Assembly (NCBI RefSeq): GCF_037042905.1
Contig: NC_087250.1
Coordinates: 4,218,001-4,282,000, forward strand
Origin: Lytechinus pictus
Taxonomy: Eukaryota
Length of the DNA: 64,000 bases
Direction of reading: 5' to 3'
The stretch's first letter is position 1, and each line of letters opens with the position of its first letter. The notes beneath the pieces were generated by a model. It did not search any database. It worked only from the letters and a program-made list of their open reading frames with translations, and was not told the DNA's origin. A program made the translations under genes and the position numbers. Of this stretch, positions 11,205 to 23,944 are shown in pieces.

Positions 11205-12470
11205 GGCGATTCCATATGTGTCGTAGGGGACATTTCGACAACAATTTCTATTCTCTTAAATGCTTGAGCAATAAATGTTTTTTTTTGTCAGTGAAGGTTA
11301 CAGGGGGTAGTCAAGTGAAAAACTGATAACCAGCCCCCCCCCCCCAAAAACGTTTGATTATGGATGAATTAAAGGTAAAAATGTTGTGTGTCGTATTGGA
11401 CTAAAAGATCTCCCGTGGGGGAAGGCGGGGTAAGTTGTGACACTTTTTGCATTTTGCATGTTAGAATTGATATGACTAATAATATTGTAGACATAAATAC
11501 CCCGCCTTTAGATTTGATTGTTGCGAAATGATTTTCACCTATATATAACTTTCTACCCCCACAATGAAATTAATTGTGACCTTTGAAAAAACGGTGTCAA
11601 ATGGCTCAACTTGCCCCATATGTGGGGTAAGTTGTGCCACCTTCTGGGGTAAGTTGAGCCACAAAAACTATGTACAAAATGTATGCGGGAAGAAGCAGCA
11701 TGTCAATTTTTTTTTCAAGTCTTTTCACTTGCTAATTCTCTATAAATACATACTCTAAAAGTAAAAGAACTGTCATGTGAATTTGCACCTTTCTGCCTGC
11801 ATATCAATGGCTTTTCAATGTTTTATTTTTTATTTTTTATTATACATTACCATAAGAATTACCATGGTTCAACTTGCCCCATGTTGGCTAACTCAAAGTA
11901 CCCCAGTCTTAAGTTAATGCGATATTTTCACATCCACACATTTCTTATGCATCCATCATTTAAAACACTATGACAAGAATGAAGATCCATACCTTGACTA
12001 ACAATATTGTTCTTATTTCTTTATCATATTTAAAGACGTGTGTGGGTAAAAAGCACTCATCTTTTTTACACCCTTTTTTAATTTTTTGGCTGAAATTTGT
12101 ATTTTCCCCTCTAAAATAGTACTTTTTGTTTCAAAGTCGAAAACAATATGGTTGGGTAAAGGGTTATGTAATGAGTCATCAATACATGACACCACCACAA
12201 TATCTGACTCATTCATTATTGGCCTGGGGGTGGTGGCTCAACTTGCCCCTATATGCTCAACTTACCCCGCCTTCCCCTACGTCGCGCAACATTTTCACCT
12301 CTAATTCACCCACGGACAACATATTTTTGTTGGTTGTCACAATACCACGCGACTACCCCGTAGTACTTTATTATTACCACAAAACAAATTGAAGTTCCTC
12401 ATTTGTTTAGACAGGAGGTTGAAAAGTGTTGTGAAAATGGCTGATTTCTCTAGCTGCATGGAATCGCCCG
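11205..12470. mobile_element. GGGCGATTCCAT-terminated element carrying a nested TIR element (about 11414-12280)
   Basis: Outer TIR gggcgattccat / atggaatcgccc. Inner TIR ggggaaggcggggtaagttg / caacttaccccgccttcccc, with internal copies of the same motif. Confidence 0.7.
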
Positions 12471-13019
12471 AAAAAAATTGAATGCAACTGAATAGCTCTT
12501 GTTCACTGAATGCAATAGCTTTGGGAGATCAGAACAAAAGAATAGACATGTACTTTGCACTTATTTTCGGCGTTGTTTAAAGCCTGGCGAACGCTCCAGT
12601 GAAAGGTCAATAATGCAAATCATACTTGAGCATCGTCTAGCATTCCAACGATACACTGTTATCAAAACATAAGTTTTTTACAGATGAAAAAAAAAAGAGT
12701 TATTTCTGAAATATATAAACATGTTAACATGGCATAACTACATACAAATACATTTTAAAGATAATAAAAAAATAAATGATAGGGATTCAATATATTAATC
12801 ACACAAAACAAAGATATTCAATATAAAAATCAAATTACAAAACGAAGTTCTGAGTGTAGGTGAGTTATAAATCATAATACATTAAAAATGGCATAAATAG
12901 AAAGAAAGAATGCATTCGAAGAAATCAACTGGCAAAGGAAAACAAAATCATACACAGCAGCTCGATACCAATTGAATTATATAGCAAGTATATTACTGAT
13001 TAACAAGTGTGGCTGTAAG

Positions 13020-13590
13020 GTAATAATAGTAATAATAATAATATGCAGTTCTTGTATAGCGCATTTCACATTATGAATTATGTCTCTATGCGCTTCCAAA
13101 GGACTTGGATATTATTACCCCTGCTGTAGCTTGGAAGCCGTAATTACTCAGATTACAGCGCACACGCATTTCAAGGAATGAATTCCTGCCAGGTACCCAT
13201 TCACCTCCCCTGGGTTGAGTGCAGCTCTCTCTCTCTCCCTTGTTTTTCCGTCGATGCGACGAGGACCATCTAATCATCCTGGGTTTAATCATTAGCTTAA
13301 TGGGTCCGCAGATGGCTAGTCAGGCCAATCTGTGTCCTAAAAAGTCTCTGGCAGTGTGGACAGGGAATATTGGCTACTGGTACAGGGTTGGCAGTCCTTG
13401 CCTTCCTGACCTTCCTGCGGGCTACGGCCACTACGGTCCTATTGGTCTCACATGCTTCAGCACCCTTATGTACAGCTAGCACAATGTGGATGAATTACTT
13501 GCTGAAGGAAACTACGCCATGGCTGGGATTTGAACCCACGACCCTCTGTTTCAAAGTCCGGAGACTAATCCACTGGGCCCCAACGCTCCA
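13020..13590 (-). mobile_element. tRNA-derived SINE, interrupted
   Basis: A-box/B-box head (ggcccagtgg, ggttcaaatcc) at the right end, L2-like gcgctatacaagaactg tail and (ATT)n at the left. Same family as other copies in the window. Confidence 0.85.
13226..13477 (-). mobile_element. 3' fragment of an RTE-like LINE inserted in the SINE
   Basis: Encodes CPHCQRLFRTQIGLTSHLRTH*, the C2H2-like C-terminus typical of RTE-clade ORFs. Short 3' UTR, (GA)n tail, AGC duplicated at both ends. Confidence 0.75.
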
Positions 13591-15611
13591 CAACAAGGTG
13601 TTACATTATATTAGTATAAAGAAGGAAAACAGAAAATAGAATGCTAATACAAAAAGTAAATAGAAAGAAATCAATTGAATGATAGGCGCAAGGCAATACA
13701 TAAATGAACAAATGGTTAATGCAAACTTTGTAAATGCATTTTATGGTTTAATAGAATAAAGAAAAAGCAAATTCTAAAATTTACAAGCAACTTGTAAGAA
13801 AGAGAGTGTACATTTGCTCATAGAGAGTGTATATTTGCTCATTAAGAGCAAATATATGTATAAAAATACATTTTAAAAAAGACACCCCCCGGGTTTTGGT
13901 GAGCAAATCAACTATTGAGTAATGAAGATTTGTTACGACATTCAAGAGATCGACACAGTGGGGAAGTGGACTGTTTTAGAATATTTTCATTTTGCATTGA
14001 TATTGTTCATAAATGAGACTTTTTTATTTCTTTTGGAGGGTAGCCAGTTTGAACAGATAGAGTGGTTTTTTATAAAGACTTAGAAAAATCTAGGCTTAAT
14101 TTGCTTCTTCTTGTCTCGAGGGTTTGGAGATTAAGCTAATAATTTCTGAAGATTTTTCAGAAAATAGCAGAATCATTCTGTAAATTGTGAACAAAGGGAC
14201 ATTTTCTGCAATTTAACACACAAAGTGTAATACAAAACATTTGTTAGGGTTCATACACTATTAAAATACCAACTTTGAGTAATTTTACACAATGCTCGTA
14301 ACATAACAAACTCCAGTAAGGTTATAAATGTTGTCGAGGAAATTTTGTTTTGGAGAAAATTTCTAACATTGTATAAATGTGTAGGGGCCGTTTTTTCAAG
14401 TATCAACATTAAAATTTGGCACTGTTTCGTATCAAGTGCCTTAGTACTCTCGTCACTGGGTATCTAAGTAAACTATTAATTCGAATGCGAAGCGCGAGCT
14501 GTGAATCCCTTTCATAAACCCCTCAAAAAAAGGTTTGGAAAGCTGAGTTTGGCCATTAATTTCACCCAACCCCCAATTTTCCACAATGCATGTTTGATAT
14601 CATTAATAAAATTATTTAATTCTCTTTAAAATGATACCATGCTTTATATGATCACGCCATCACGAAAAGAGCAGGATCCAAAAGTGTTGGATGAGGTCTG
14701 AATTGAAAAGCTGCAAAACGAGCAGAAATAGTCATGAAGGGTCAATACAGAACATGATTTTTTTTGTCTGTGTCAATAGAGATGAAAATCCATTCAAATC
14801 AAGCCCCCGCTTTTTCATTTTTTAAAATGTTTTGTTGTGGCTTATGTAGTGATGGTTCTGTGAGATAACATGGTTATACCAACTTTCTGTAATTTTACAC
14901 AATGCACGTAACATTACAAACTGCAGTAAGGTTATAAATGTTGTCGAGGAAATTTTGTTTTGGAGAAAATTTCTAACATTGTATAAATGTGTAGGGGCCG
15001 TTTTCAAAGTATCAACATTAACATTTGGCACTGTTTCGTATCAAGTGCCTTAGTACTCTCGTCACTAATATTTTTTTCTTAAAAAATTGACTTTCTCAAT
15101 AGCTATCTTAGAAATTCAGAGATTGAATATCAGAAAACTACAAAGATGAAATTCTCAGCGTATTCCCAATCGTTTATACTTGGTTTTATATCAGAATCAT
15201 TAAGAAGAAAAAAAAAACTACGGTTTCCTATAAAATCACAAAAATATTTTTGTAAAAAACATCTTTGTTTCATATTCTCCTAATCATCATTGTTTTAGGT
15301 CATACTTGTCATAAACGGGAATAGTAGTAGAGACATGGGTGGTATACGCTTTGGTATTAGATCCGGTAGGGATCTCGGTTAATAATGGTAGACCTTTTTT
15401 TTCCTACTTTTATGTTTGTTTTTTCCAACACCTTTTTGTAGTCATTTAAAAACATATCACAGACTCAATTGATCAAGATGAGTGTCGGATTAAATTTGAG
15501 AACTGTTAAGTGGGTGTTGTGACATGTAAACAGTAGTACACACAATATGCAAGAACATACATACGGACACCAATATGCTACCCTCACCCACATACACACA
15601 AATAATACACT

Positions 15612-15915
15612 GGGCGGGTCGTGATCTAGTGGTTCTGACTCTCGCCTTTCAAACAAAGGGTCGTGGGTTCGAATCCTAGCCGTGGCGTGTTTTCCTTCAG
15701 CAAGAAACTTATCAACACTGTGCTGCACTCAACCCACGTGAGGGAAATGGGTACCGTCAATTCCTCAAAGAAGATGTGTGCACCTGAACCGGTAGCCTAG
15801 CTCAGCCGGGTAATGATAATAATAACAGGGCCCACTGGGAGAACAGTTATCGGAACTGAAGTGGCTACCCTGGGTAAATATATCGTTATTATTATTACTT
15901 TTTATTATTATTATT
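15612..15915 (+). mobile_element. tRNA-derived SINE
   Basis: A box gtgatctagtgg, B box ggttcgaatcc, (TTA)n tail. Confidence 0.8.
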
Positions 15916-17798
15916 ACACTTTAGAGATGACACGCTGCAAGCACTTACTAAATGCAGATAATTCTATATTGCCGACCGAATTCCGTCACCAACATTTTAT
16001 ATTCCGTGTGTTACATTATAATATTATAACATTACATGATGATGTATTATAAAATTTAATCATGGCATATAGGCGTTTTAACCATTGTTACACAGGGTTC
16101 GGCAATATGAGTGTTTGGAATACATTGGTAGATGGCAATGGCCAATGAAGATCACTGTAACATGGGCTTTTCGTTCGAAACCACGACAAGCATCCAATCA
16201 GCAGTATTCTTTTACATTTCAATATTTATCGCGAAGCTCTATTATGTTTGTGTTGGTGTTACAGAGATCGAAATTGTCGTATGGAGTCTAACCAGGAAGA
16301 CCTGATTTTGACAGTCAAATACGGGACATGTACAGGTGCGGATCAGGGATAAGAGAAATATTTTCTTCCGCTAACAACTGAATTTCTCGTTTTCTTTGCG
16401 GGCGTATATAGCCCTCACTTAAGAATAATGTTAAAAAAATGTACGTTATTTAAAAAAAAAAAATGATGCAAACGCGAAGCTCGAGCTCAAACTTTTTTAT
16501 ATTTCATGTATTCCAACCTGAAATCTGAATCTTCTAAGCAAATTATGATCAAGACGCCTATCTAACTGGATGATCACTGCGGGTGCAAAGCGTGAGATGA
16601 CATTTTCATATACTGACCTTGAAAACTTGACATTCGAGACTTTATTTCATCATGAACAGAATGGGTATCTAACTAAACTATTAATTCGAATGCGAAGCGC
16701 GAGCTGTGAATCCCTTTCATAAACCCCTCAAAAAAAGTTTGGAAAGCTGAGTTTGGCCATTAATTTCTCCCAACCCCCAATTTTCCACAATGCATGTTTG
16801 ATATCATTGAAAAAATCATTTAATTCTTTTTGAAATGATACCATGCTTCTTATGATCACGCCATCACGAAAAGTGTTGGATGAGGTCTGAATTGAAAAGC
16901 TGCAAAACGAGCAGAAATAGTCATGAAGGGTCAATACAGAACATGATTTTTTGGTCTGTGTCAATAGAGATAAAAATCCATTCAAATCAAGCCCCCGCTT
17001 TTTCATTTTTTTAAATGTTTTGTTGTGGCTTATGCAGTGATGGTTCTGTGAGATAACATGGTTATACCAACTTTCTGTAATTTTACACAATGCACGTAAC
17101 ATTACAAATTGCAGTAAGGTTATAAATGTTGTCGAGGAAATTTTGTTTTGGAGAAAATTTCTAACATTGTATAAATGTGTAGGGGCCGTTTTTGAAGTAT
17201 CATTATTAACATTTGGCTCTGTTTCGTATCAAGTGCCTTAGTACTCTCGTCACTAATATTTTTTTCTTAAAAAATTGACTTTCTCAATAGCTATCTTAGA
17301 AATTCAGAGATTGAATATCAGAAAACTACAAAGATGAAATTCTCAGCATATTCCCAATCCTTTATACTTGGTTTTATACCAGAATCATTAAAAAGAAAAA
17401 AAACCCCAAGGTTTCCTATAAAATCACAAAAATATTTTTGTAAAAAACATCTTTATTTCATATTCTCCTAATCATCATTGTTTTAGGTCATACTTGTCAT
17501 AAACGGGAATAGTAATAGAAACAAGGGGGATATATGCTTTGGTATTAGATCCGGTAGGGATCTCGGTTAATAATGGTAGACTTTTTTTTCCTACTTTTAT
17601 GTTTGTTTTTTCCCACACCTTTTTGTAGTCAGTTACAAACAAATCCCAGACTCAATTGATCAAGTTGAGTGCCGGATTAAATTCGAGAACTGTTAAGTGG
17701 GTGTTGTGACATGTAAACAGTAGTACACACAATATGCAAGAACAGACGTACGGACAACCATACGCTACCCTCACCCACATACACACAAATAATACACT

Positions 17799-18105
17799 GG
17801 GCGGGTCGTGGTCTAGTGGTTCTGACTCTCGCCTTTCAAACAAAGGGTCGTGGGTTCGAATCCTAGCCGTGGCGTGTTTTTCTTCAGCAAGAAACTTATC
17901 AACACTGGACGTGCTGCACTCAACCCACGTGAGGTAAATGGGTACCGTCAATTCCTCAAAGAAGCTGTGTGCACCTGAACCGGTAGCCTATCTCAGCCGG
18001 GTAATAATAATAGCAGGGCCCACTGGGAGAACAGTTATCGGAACTGAAGTGGCTACCGTGGGTAAATATATCGTTATTATTATTATTACATTTTATTATT
18101 ATTAT
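17799..18105 (+). mobile_element. tRNA-derived SINE (duplicate copy)
   Basis: Copy of 15612-15915 within the 2.2-kb duplication. Confidence 0.8.
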
Positions 18106-18909
18106 TACACTTTAGATATGACACGCTGCAAGCACTTACTAAATGCAGATAATTCTATATTGCCGACCGAATTCCATCACCAACATTTTATATTCCGTGT
18201 GTTACATTATAATATTAAAACATTACATGATGATGTATTATGAAATTTAATCATGGCATATAGGCGTTTTAACCATTGTTACACAGGGTTCGGCAATATG
18301 AGTGTTTGGAATACATTGGTAGATGGCAATGGCCAATGAAGATCACTGTAACATGGGCTTTTCGTTCGAAACCACGAGAAGCATCCAATCAGCAGTATTC
18401 TTTTACATTTCAATATTTATCGCGAAGCTCTATTATGTTTGTGTTGGTGTTACAGAGATCGAAATTGTCATATAGAGTCTAACCAGGGAGACGTGATTTT
18501 GATAGTCAAATACGGGACACGTGCAAGCGCGGATCAGGGATAAGAAAAATATTTTCACCCGCAAACAACTGAATTTCTCGTTTTCTTTGTGGGCGTAGCC
18601 CTTACTTAAGACTAATGTTTAAAAAATGTACATTATTCTAAAAAAAAAATGATGCAAACACGAAGCTCGAGCTCAAACTTTTTTTATATTTCACGTATTC
18701 CAACCTGAAAATTTAATCTCCTATTAAGCAAATTATGATCAAGACGCCTATCTAACTGGATGATCACTGCGAGTGCAAAGCGCGAGATGACATTTGCATA
18801 TACTGACCTGAAAACGTGACATTCTAGACTTTATTTAACCATGAACAGAATGGGTATCTAACTAAACTATTAATTCGAATGCGAAGCACGAGCTGTCAAT
18901 CCCTTTCAT

Positions 18910-19850
18910 AAACCCCTCAAAAAAAGTTTGGAAATCTGGGTTTGGCCATTAATTTCTCCCAACCTCTAATTTTCCATAATGCATATTTGACATCATTTTA
19001 AAGATCGTTTAATTTTCTTTAATATGATACCATGCTTGTTATGATAATACCATCACGAAAAGAGCAGGATTCAAAAGTGTTGGATGAGGTCTGAATTGAA
19101 AAGCTGCAAAACGAGCAGAAATAGTCATGAAGGGTCAATACAGAACATGATTTTTTTGTCTGTGTCAATAGAGATGAAAATCCATTCAAATCAAGCCCCT
19201 GCTTTTTCATTTTTTTAAATGTTTTGTTGTGGCTTATGTAGTGATGGTTATGTGAGATAACATGGTTTGTTTCTAATGTGTTTTCTTGTGCAGAGGTGTG
19301 ATTGATTACATATTAATGTTGATATGTTAAGGTGCATGAAAACAAAAGAAACCGCTGAGAAACTCACTCATCCCCACGGAAAAGGAACAGTGACTTTCGA
19401 AATAGTGTCATTTTGCAAATTTAGAATTTTGACCTTGCCCCACATTTCAAGGCACTGCACCTCCATGTGAACCATAATCATATCATGTAGGGTATCATTT
19501 TAAAGAAAATTTAATGATCCATTTATTGTTATAATTACACATTGATATCTTCAAAACCGAGGAGGGATTATCGATCAAAGTCAAACGAAACCGCTGAGAA
19601 ACTCACTCATCACCACGGAAAAGGAACAGTGACTTTCAATATAGTGTAATTTTGCAAATTTAGAATTTTGACCTTGCCCCACATTTCAAGGCACTGTACC
19701 TCCATGTAAAGATAATCATATCTTGTATGGTATCATTTTAAAGAAAATTAAATTATCTATTCATTAATATTAATTATACATTGAATTTTACTAAAACAGA
19801 GGAGGGACTATCGATCAAATTCAGATTTCCAAACTTTTTTTGAGGAGTTT
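18910..19850. mobile_element. TA-flanked non-autonomous DNA transposon (Tc1/mariner-like)
   Basis: TIR aaac(c/t)cctcaaaaaaagtttggaaatctg / cagatttccaaacttttttttgaggagttt. Internal ~238-bp tandem duplication. Partial copies at about 14515, 16720 and 39465. Confidence 0.7.
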
Positions 19851-20875
19851 ATTTTGACTTGTAAATTTAATAGTTTCAGCACTTTCACATATAAAGTAAA
19901 CAAGTGCAAAGCACGAGCTGGATTCATTTTGGCGATTTAAACCTAAAACCGGGACATTCTCAACGCTTATTGTTACTAGATTTGGGATGGATATCTAATT
20001 AAGCATTTGATGCGAGCGCGGAGTACGTGCTGAAGGTTTTTCTCCGGAATGAAAAAAAAAAGAACGTTTAAGCACGTTTTTAATAAGGAACAAGACATGT
20101 ATCTGGTCACCCAACATGCAGTATAGCATATACTTACTCGTATACTTATTACTATTATATCGTACTACACATTGCTTAATACTGTTGTCTTTTTTATGTT
20201 TGGTCTCACATATTGGTGTATCAATGATCTGATGTTTCAGGTCAATAAATATTAGGCAATGGCGTTTCTGCCCCCGTTTAATTTTGCACCATTCTCTATG
20301 AAAGTATGCTCTAAGATCAGACTGGTCTATACTTTCACCTTCGAAATGAGCTCCCAAATTATATATGATTTCTGCAAAGTGCATTGAGAATCCTAACAGG
20401 TCTGAAATGCGCTATATAAGAACTACATTATTATTTATTATAATAGTTGCGCGTTTTGATGGTGCAAAGTTAAAACATTTCTCCTCAGAGAGTCAGACTG
20501 TTTAAGTTAAAAGGTGGTGATGATACGGCAGAAACAATTAATTACGAATCGTCAAAATGTAGGCCTATTTGTCAACAGATTAGCAAATTCATTCTGGATG
20601 CTACACAACTACTTTTACAATTTTTACAAACCATTTGTATATATCAACTGGTGTCAGTAATCATTGCTTTCGTACAATTGATGTGTATTGCTATGATCTG
20701 ACCTGGATTAATACACTGTCAGACCCAATGAATACAATCTGACAGAGCCTACACGCGCCATTTAGAAAGATCATTTTGCCGTTCATTTCAGCAAGTACAT
20801 CCATGAATACCACATCAATACAGACTATGACAACTATACATCATGATAATATATAGATGATTATAATGTACTTAC

Positions 20876-21010
20876 CAAGAAGGGCATATTCAATGGAGGA
20901 GTTGATTGGTTTCCCCGGAAGTGGTCCGAGAGCTAACAGGACTGGAAACCAAGAGAGTTGTACACGTTGGAGGGCAAAGTCACACCCCTATTGGTGCTCT
21001 CTATAAATTG
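20876..21010 (-). promoter_or_regulatory. Candidate promoter / non-coding first exon of the NLR gene
   Basis: Consensus donor G|GTAAGT at 20875-20870 next to clustered CCAAT (20905, 20990), GGGGAAACC and CCGGAAGT motifs, in sequence with no visible repeat structure. Confidence 0.3.
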
Positions 21011-21089
21011 AATAGTGTGGCAATGAACATGTACAGTGACAGCTGCTAAACTGCTTTTTGACAATGGGTATTCATTCAACTGTTTCTTT

Positions 21090-21570
21090 CAGTGACTCTC
21101 TCTCTCTCTCTTCCCTCACTCCTTCTCTCGCATTCTTTCCTTCTATCGCTCTACCTCCTCTTTTCTATAGCTCTCTCAATCTATCGTCATCTCCTTTATC
21201 AATCTCTGTCTTTTTCCTACACCAATCTCTCTCTCACTCTCCATCTATTATATCATCACAGTTACACGCGAAAAGAACCTCTCTACCTCTTTATCACACA
21301 AACGCACACTCAACCTCACCCTCATCCCCACACAACAACACACAAAAACACACCCCACACAAATACCATTCACATATTATACCAGTATCTTCTCTCTCCC
21401 TCTCTTTATTTATATTCCCTCATTTCTCTCACTTTTTCGTTCTCTTACACACACTCTCTATTTATCCCCCCTATATACACACACGCCCACATAGTATACA
21501 AATCTACAAACGATCCATCTATCTATTATTTTATCCCCAACCCCTCTCTCTCTCTCTCTCTCTTTTTTCC
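21090..21570. repeat. CT/CA-rich low-complexity tract
   Basis: Degenerate (CT)n/(CA)n. Source of spurious S/L/H-rich ORFs. Confidence 0.85.
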
Positions 21571-22155
21571 GTATCTGAAAAAGTATATCGTTCTATTCAC
21601 TTCTGTACAAGTTCAAATTGATATTGCCACCACACGATAAGAAATCCGTCGAGACCTTGGCTTCTGTGCGTACCGACCTGTAGCGTTTGGCTCCAACACA
21701 ATAGAAGCGAACGAATTATTTCTTTAATTTCTTCACATCAATGCAATTCAATAGATAGCTATTTGTGACGTATGCATTGTAAGCAGACCGAAAATCATTT
21801 TGTGTTTTTTTATAAACAAGCTGGCATACTAATATTGGGATCTTGAGCAAGACATGCAAGATTAGCTGGACGAACAAACCATTAGAATTATACGATAGTT
21901 TCCTAACAAGATTATGTTTTCCTCGGAAGTGTATTTTATTCCAGTGTCAATGGTATTACACTAATTACCTACTCAGTCTAACATGTCTAAGGCAACGTCG
22001 AATCCTTTCATGTTTCATTTTTGCTGACTTTGCTCGCCAAAAAGAATGCGATGCATTGCGATTTCTCTACTGACGTTTTATCCGACAGATCTGTATGTCA
22101 AAACGCCCTCCCTCAAATGATATAGGAATTCGTGTAAACGGAGTTGTCAGAGAGA

Positions 22156-22529
22156 GGTTTCACACGCTCGCATTTTGCGTCATTTGAATGCTTAATTGCA
22201 ATGCCGCATTGTAATGACGCTAGAATCTTCTTCCGTTTACACGGCTCTTGGGGATTCGGGAATTCTGCAGCTTTCTTTCGCACCGATAAGAAGAGGTGTG
22301 GCCTCTTTTTAGTACCCCGTCAATCACTCGTGCATGGCTAATATTTGCCAACAGAGCAGAAAATAGCGGGTTTTTCTGCGGAAGTGGTTGAAAGGTCACC
22401 GTAAGCACCTCATCCTGCTATGTTTTGGAGGTCAAAGCATTCATACGGCTATTCATACGGCCAATTCGGAGTGACGCGTCACTCGAATGATCATTCGAAT
22501 GACGCAAAATGCGAGTGTGTGAATCCCCT
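22156..22529. mobile_element. MITE with ~35-bp TIR
   Basis: gaggtttcacacgctcgcattttgcgtcatttgaatg / cattcgaatgacgcaaaatgcgagtgtgtgaatcccctc. Confidence 0.75.
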
Positions 22530-22556
22530 CAGAGATGCGCAGATGCAGATAAGCAG

Positions 22557-23681
22557 CAATGGCGTAACTACGGGGGGGGGGGAAGGGCTCCCCCATCGGC
22601 TGGCAACAAAAGGGGGAAGAGGAGAAAAAGAGGGAGAAAGGAAGAGAAACGTAGTGGAAAAGAAGAAATTATTGTTCATTATAATGTTATATTGTAATTA
22701 TGTTATGTTATAATACATAAGAAAAACATTTTTTCATACCTTTATGAATCATTATTTGCTCAGGCTTATGTCTTCATTGTTCCCGGTGCTCGCATTGTCT
22801 GTTCAACGTTTTAAAGTCAATATACACCAAATATATTTCCTCACACTTTGACTTATTATTGTTTTATGTAGTGACATAATTTCATGCTTCTATTTCATGA
22901 CTACTTAAAGTGACTGCCCCATTTTAAGGTTCTGATATAAAACATTTCCTGTCCGTGCTTACGTTTGCAATAGTAGATTGGTGAGATATGTCTGCTCTTC
23001 ATGAATTCCTAAAAATCAGTCCTTAAAATGTATTTTTTTTCTGATCTTAATATAAAAAATTTTCAGCTCGCGCTTTGCGCTCGCATCATTTGGTTAGTGA
23101 AATACGAAGGGTCTTATAAAGATTACAAACAAACTTAGAAAAGCCCCTCTTCATGTCTGAATATCGTTAATTTTCAGCTCGCGCTTCGCGCTCGCAATAT
23201 TTGATTAGTGAGGTGCGTATTATAATCATGATTACAATGACTACAAAAAGTGCTTCATGTGTTTAGATGTAGCAAAATCAGCAACCGCTTTGCACTCGCA
23301 TTAGATGACTATGGTGAGAAATGTATACTCTTGGATGGATTCCTTAATATAGTCCTTAACATGTCCCTGTTTGGGGTCAATATTTAAAAAAATTTCAGCT
23401 CGCGCTTCGCGCTCGCATTGTTTGTTTAGCGAGACAGGTATGTGTCATGAGATAACAAAAATTTTCTTATAATGTCCTTTTTTGGTCTGAATATCAAAAA
23501 TTTTCAGCTCGCACTTCGCGCTCGCATTATTTGATCGGTGAGATACATATCCCTTTAATGGAACTGTCCTTAAAATGTCCCTATAAGGTCAGTATACCTG
23601 GCAACTTAGCGTGCTTCGCGCGCTCACTAAGTGACTCAAAAATTTTGCTGGTGCCCCCCAATCCCGTGACTCACGCCACTG
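22557..23681. mobile_element. hAT-like non-autonomous element with internal ~120-bp repeats
   Basis: TIR caatggcgta / tcacgccactg, 8-bp TSD ataagcag / atcagcag, internal gctcgcgcttcgcgctcgca cores. Confidence 0.8.
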
Positions 23682-23778
23682 ATCAGCAGTGTATGCAAGA
23701 CAATTGGCTTCTTCTTCTTCTGTCTTGTGTTGAGTTGGCAAACAATCATAACATGACTATTTTCAGCCTCTAAGATGA

Positions 23779-23913
23779 TAGTCTAGATCTGGACATTAGT
23801 AATTATTTGTTTGGAAACCCCTACATCAGTCCTCTCTCTTTTGAAGGTGAAAAGAGAGAGGACTGATATAGAGGTTTCCAAACAAATAATTACTATCGTC
23901 CAGATCTAGACTA
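23779..23913. mobile_element. 135-bp hairpin MITE with TAGTCT termini and 9-bp TSD
   Basis: Near-perfect palindrome with arms of about 64 bp. Flanks ctaagatga / ctaagatgg. Confidence 0.85.
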
Positions 23914-23944
23914 CTAAGATGGCGATCTGATGACGTCAAATCGC

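Larger units (their letters stand above)
14265..19265. repeat. Tandem segmental duplication, ~2.2-kb period, a little over two units
   Basis: gggtatctaa.taaactattaattcgaatgcgaagc recurs at about 14458, 16663 and 18852. The track ORFs are duplicated accordingly. Confidence 0.92.

Noticed and set aside
13297..13482. Host C2H2 zinc-finger gene
   Set aside because: A single finger at an RTE-like 3' end with a simple-repeat tail, inserted in a SINE.
15612..15690. tRNA genes (also 13515-13590, 17799-17875, 26050-26125, 34920-34992, 54445-54515)
   Set aside because: A/B boxes are present but continue into SINE bodies and simple-repeat tails, and no clean acceptor stem is evident.
21058..21640. 187-aa and 182-aa ORFs
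   Set aside because: CT/CA low-complexity sequence that lacks stops for compositional reasons.
23050..23630. CRISPR-like arrays of a ~20-bp palindromic repeat with variable spacers (also 28385-29025, 41700-42650, 60940-61500)
   Set aside because: Eukaryotic context, ~100-bp spacers that resemble one another, location inside TIR/TSD-bounded transposons, and no cas genes.
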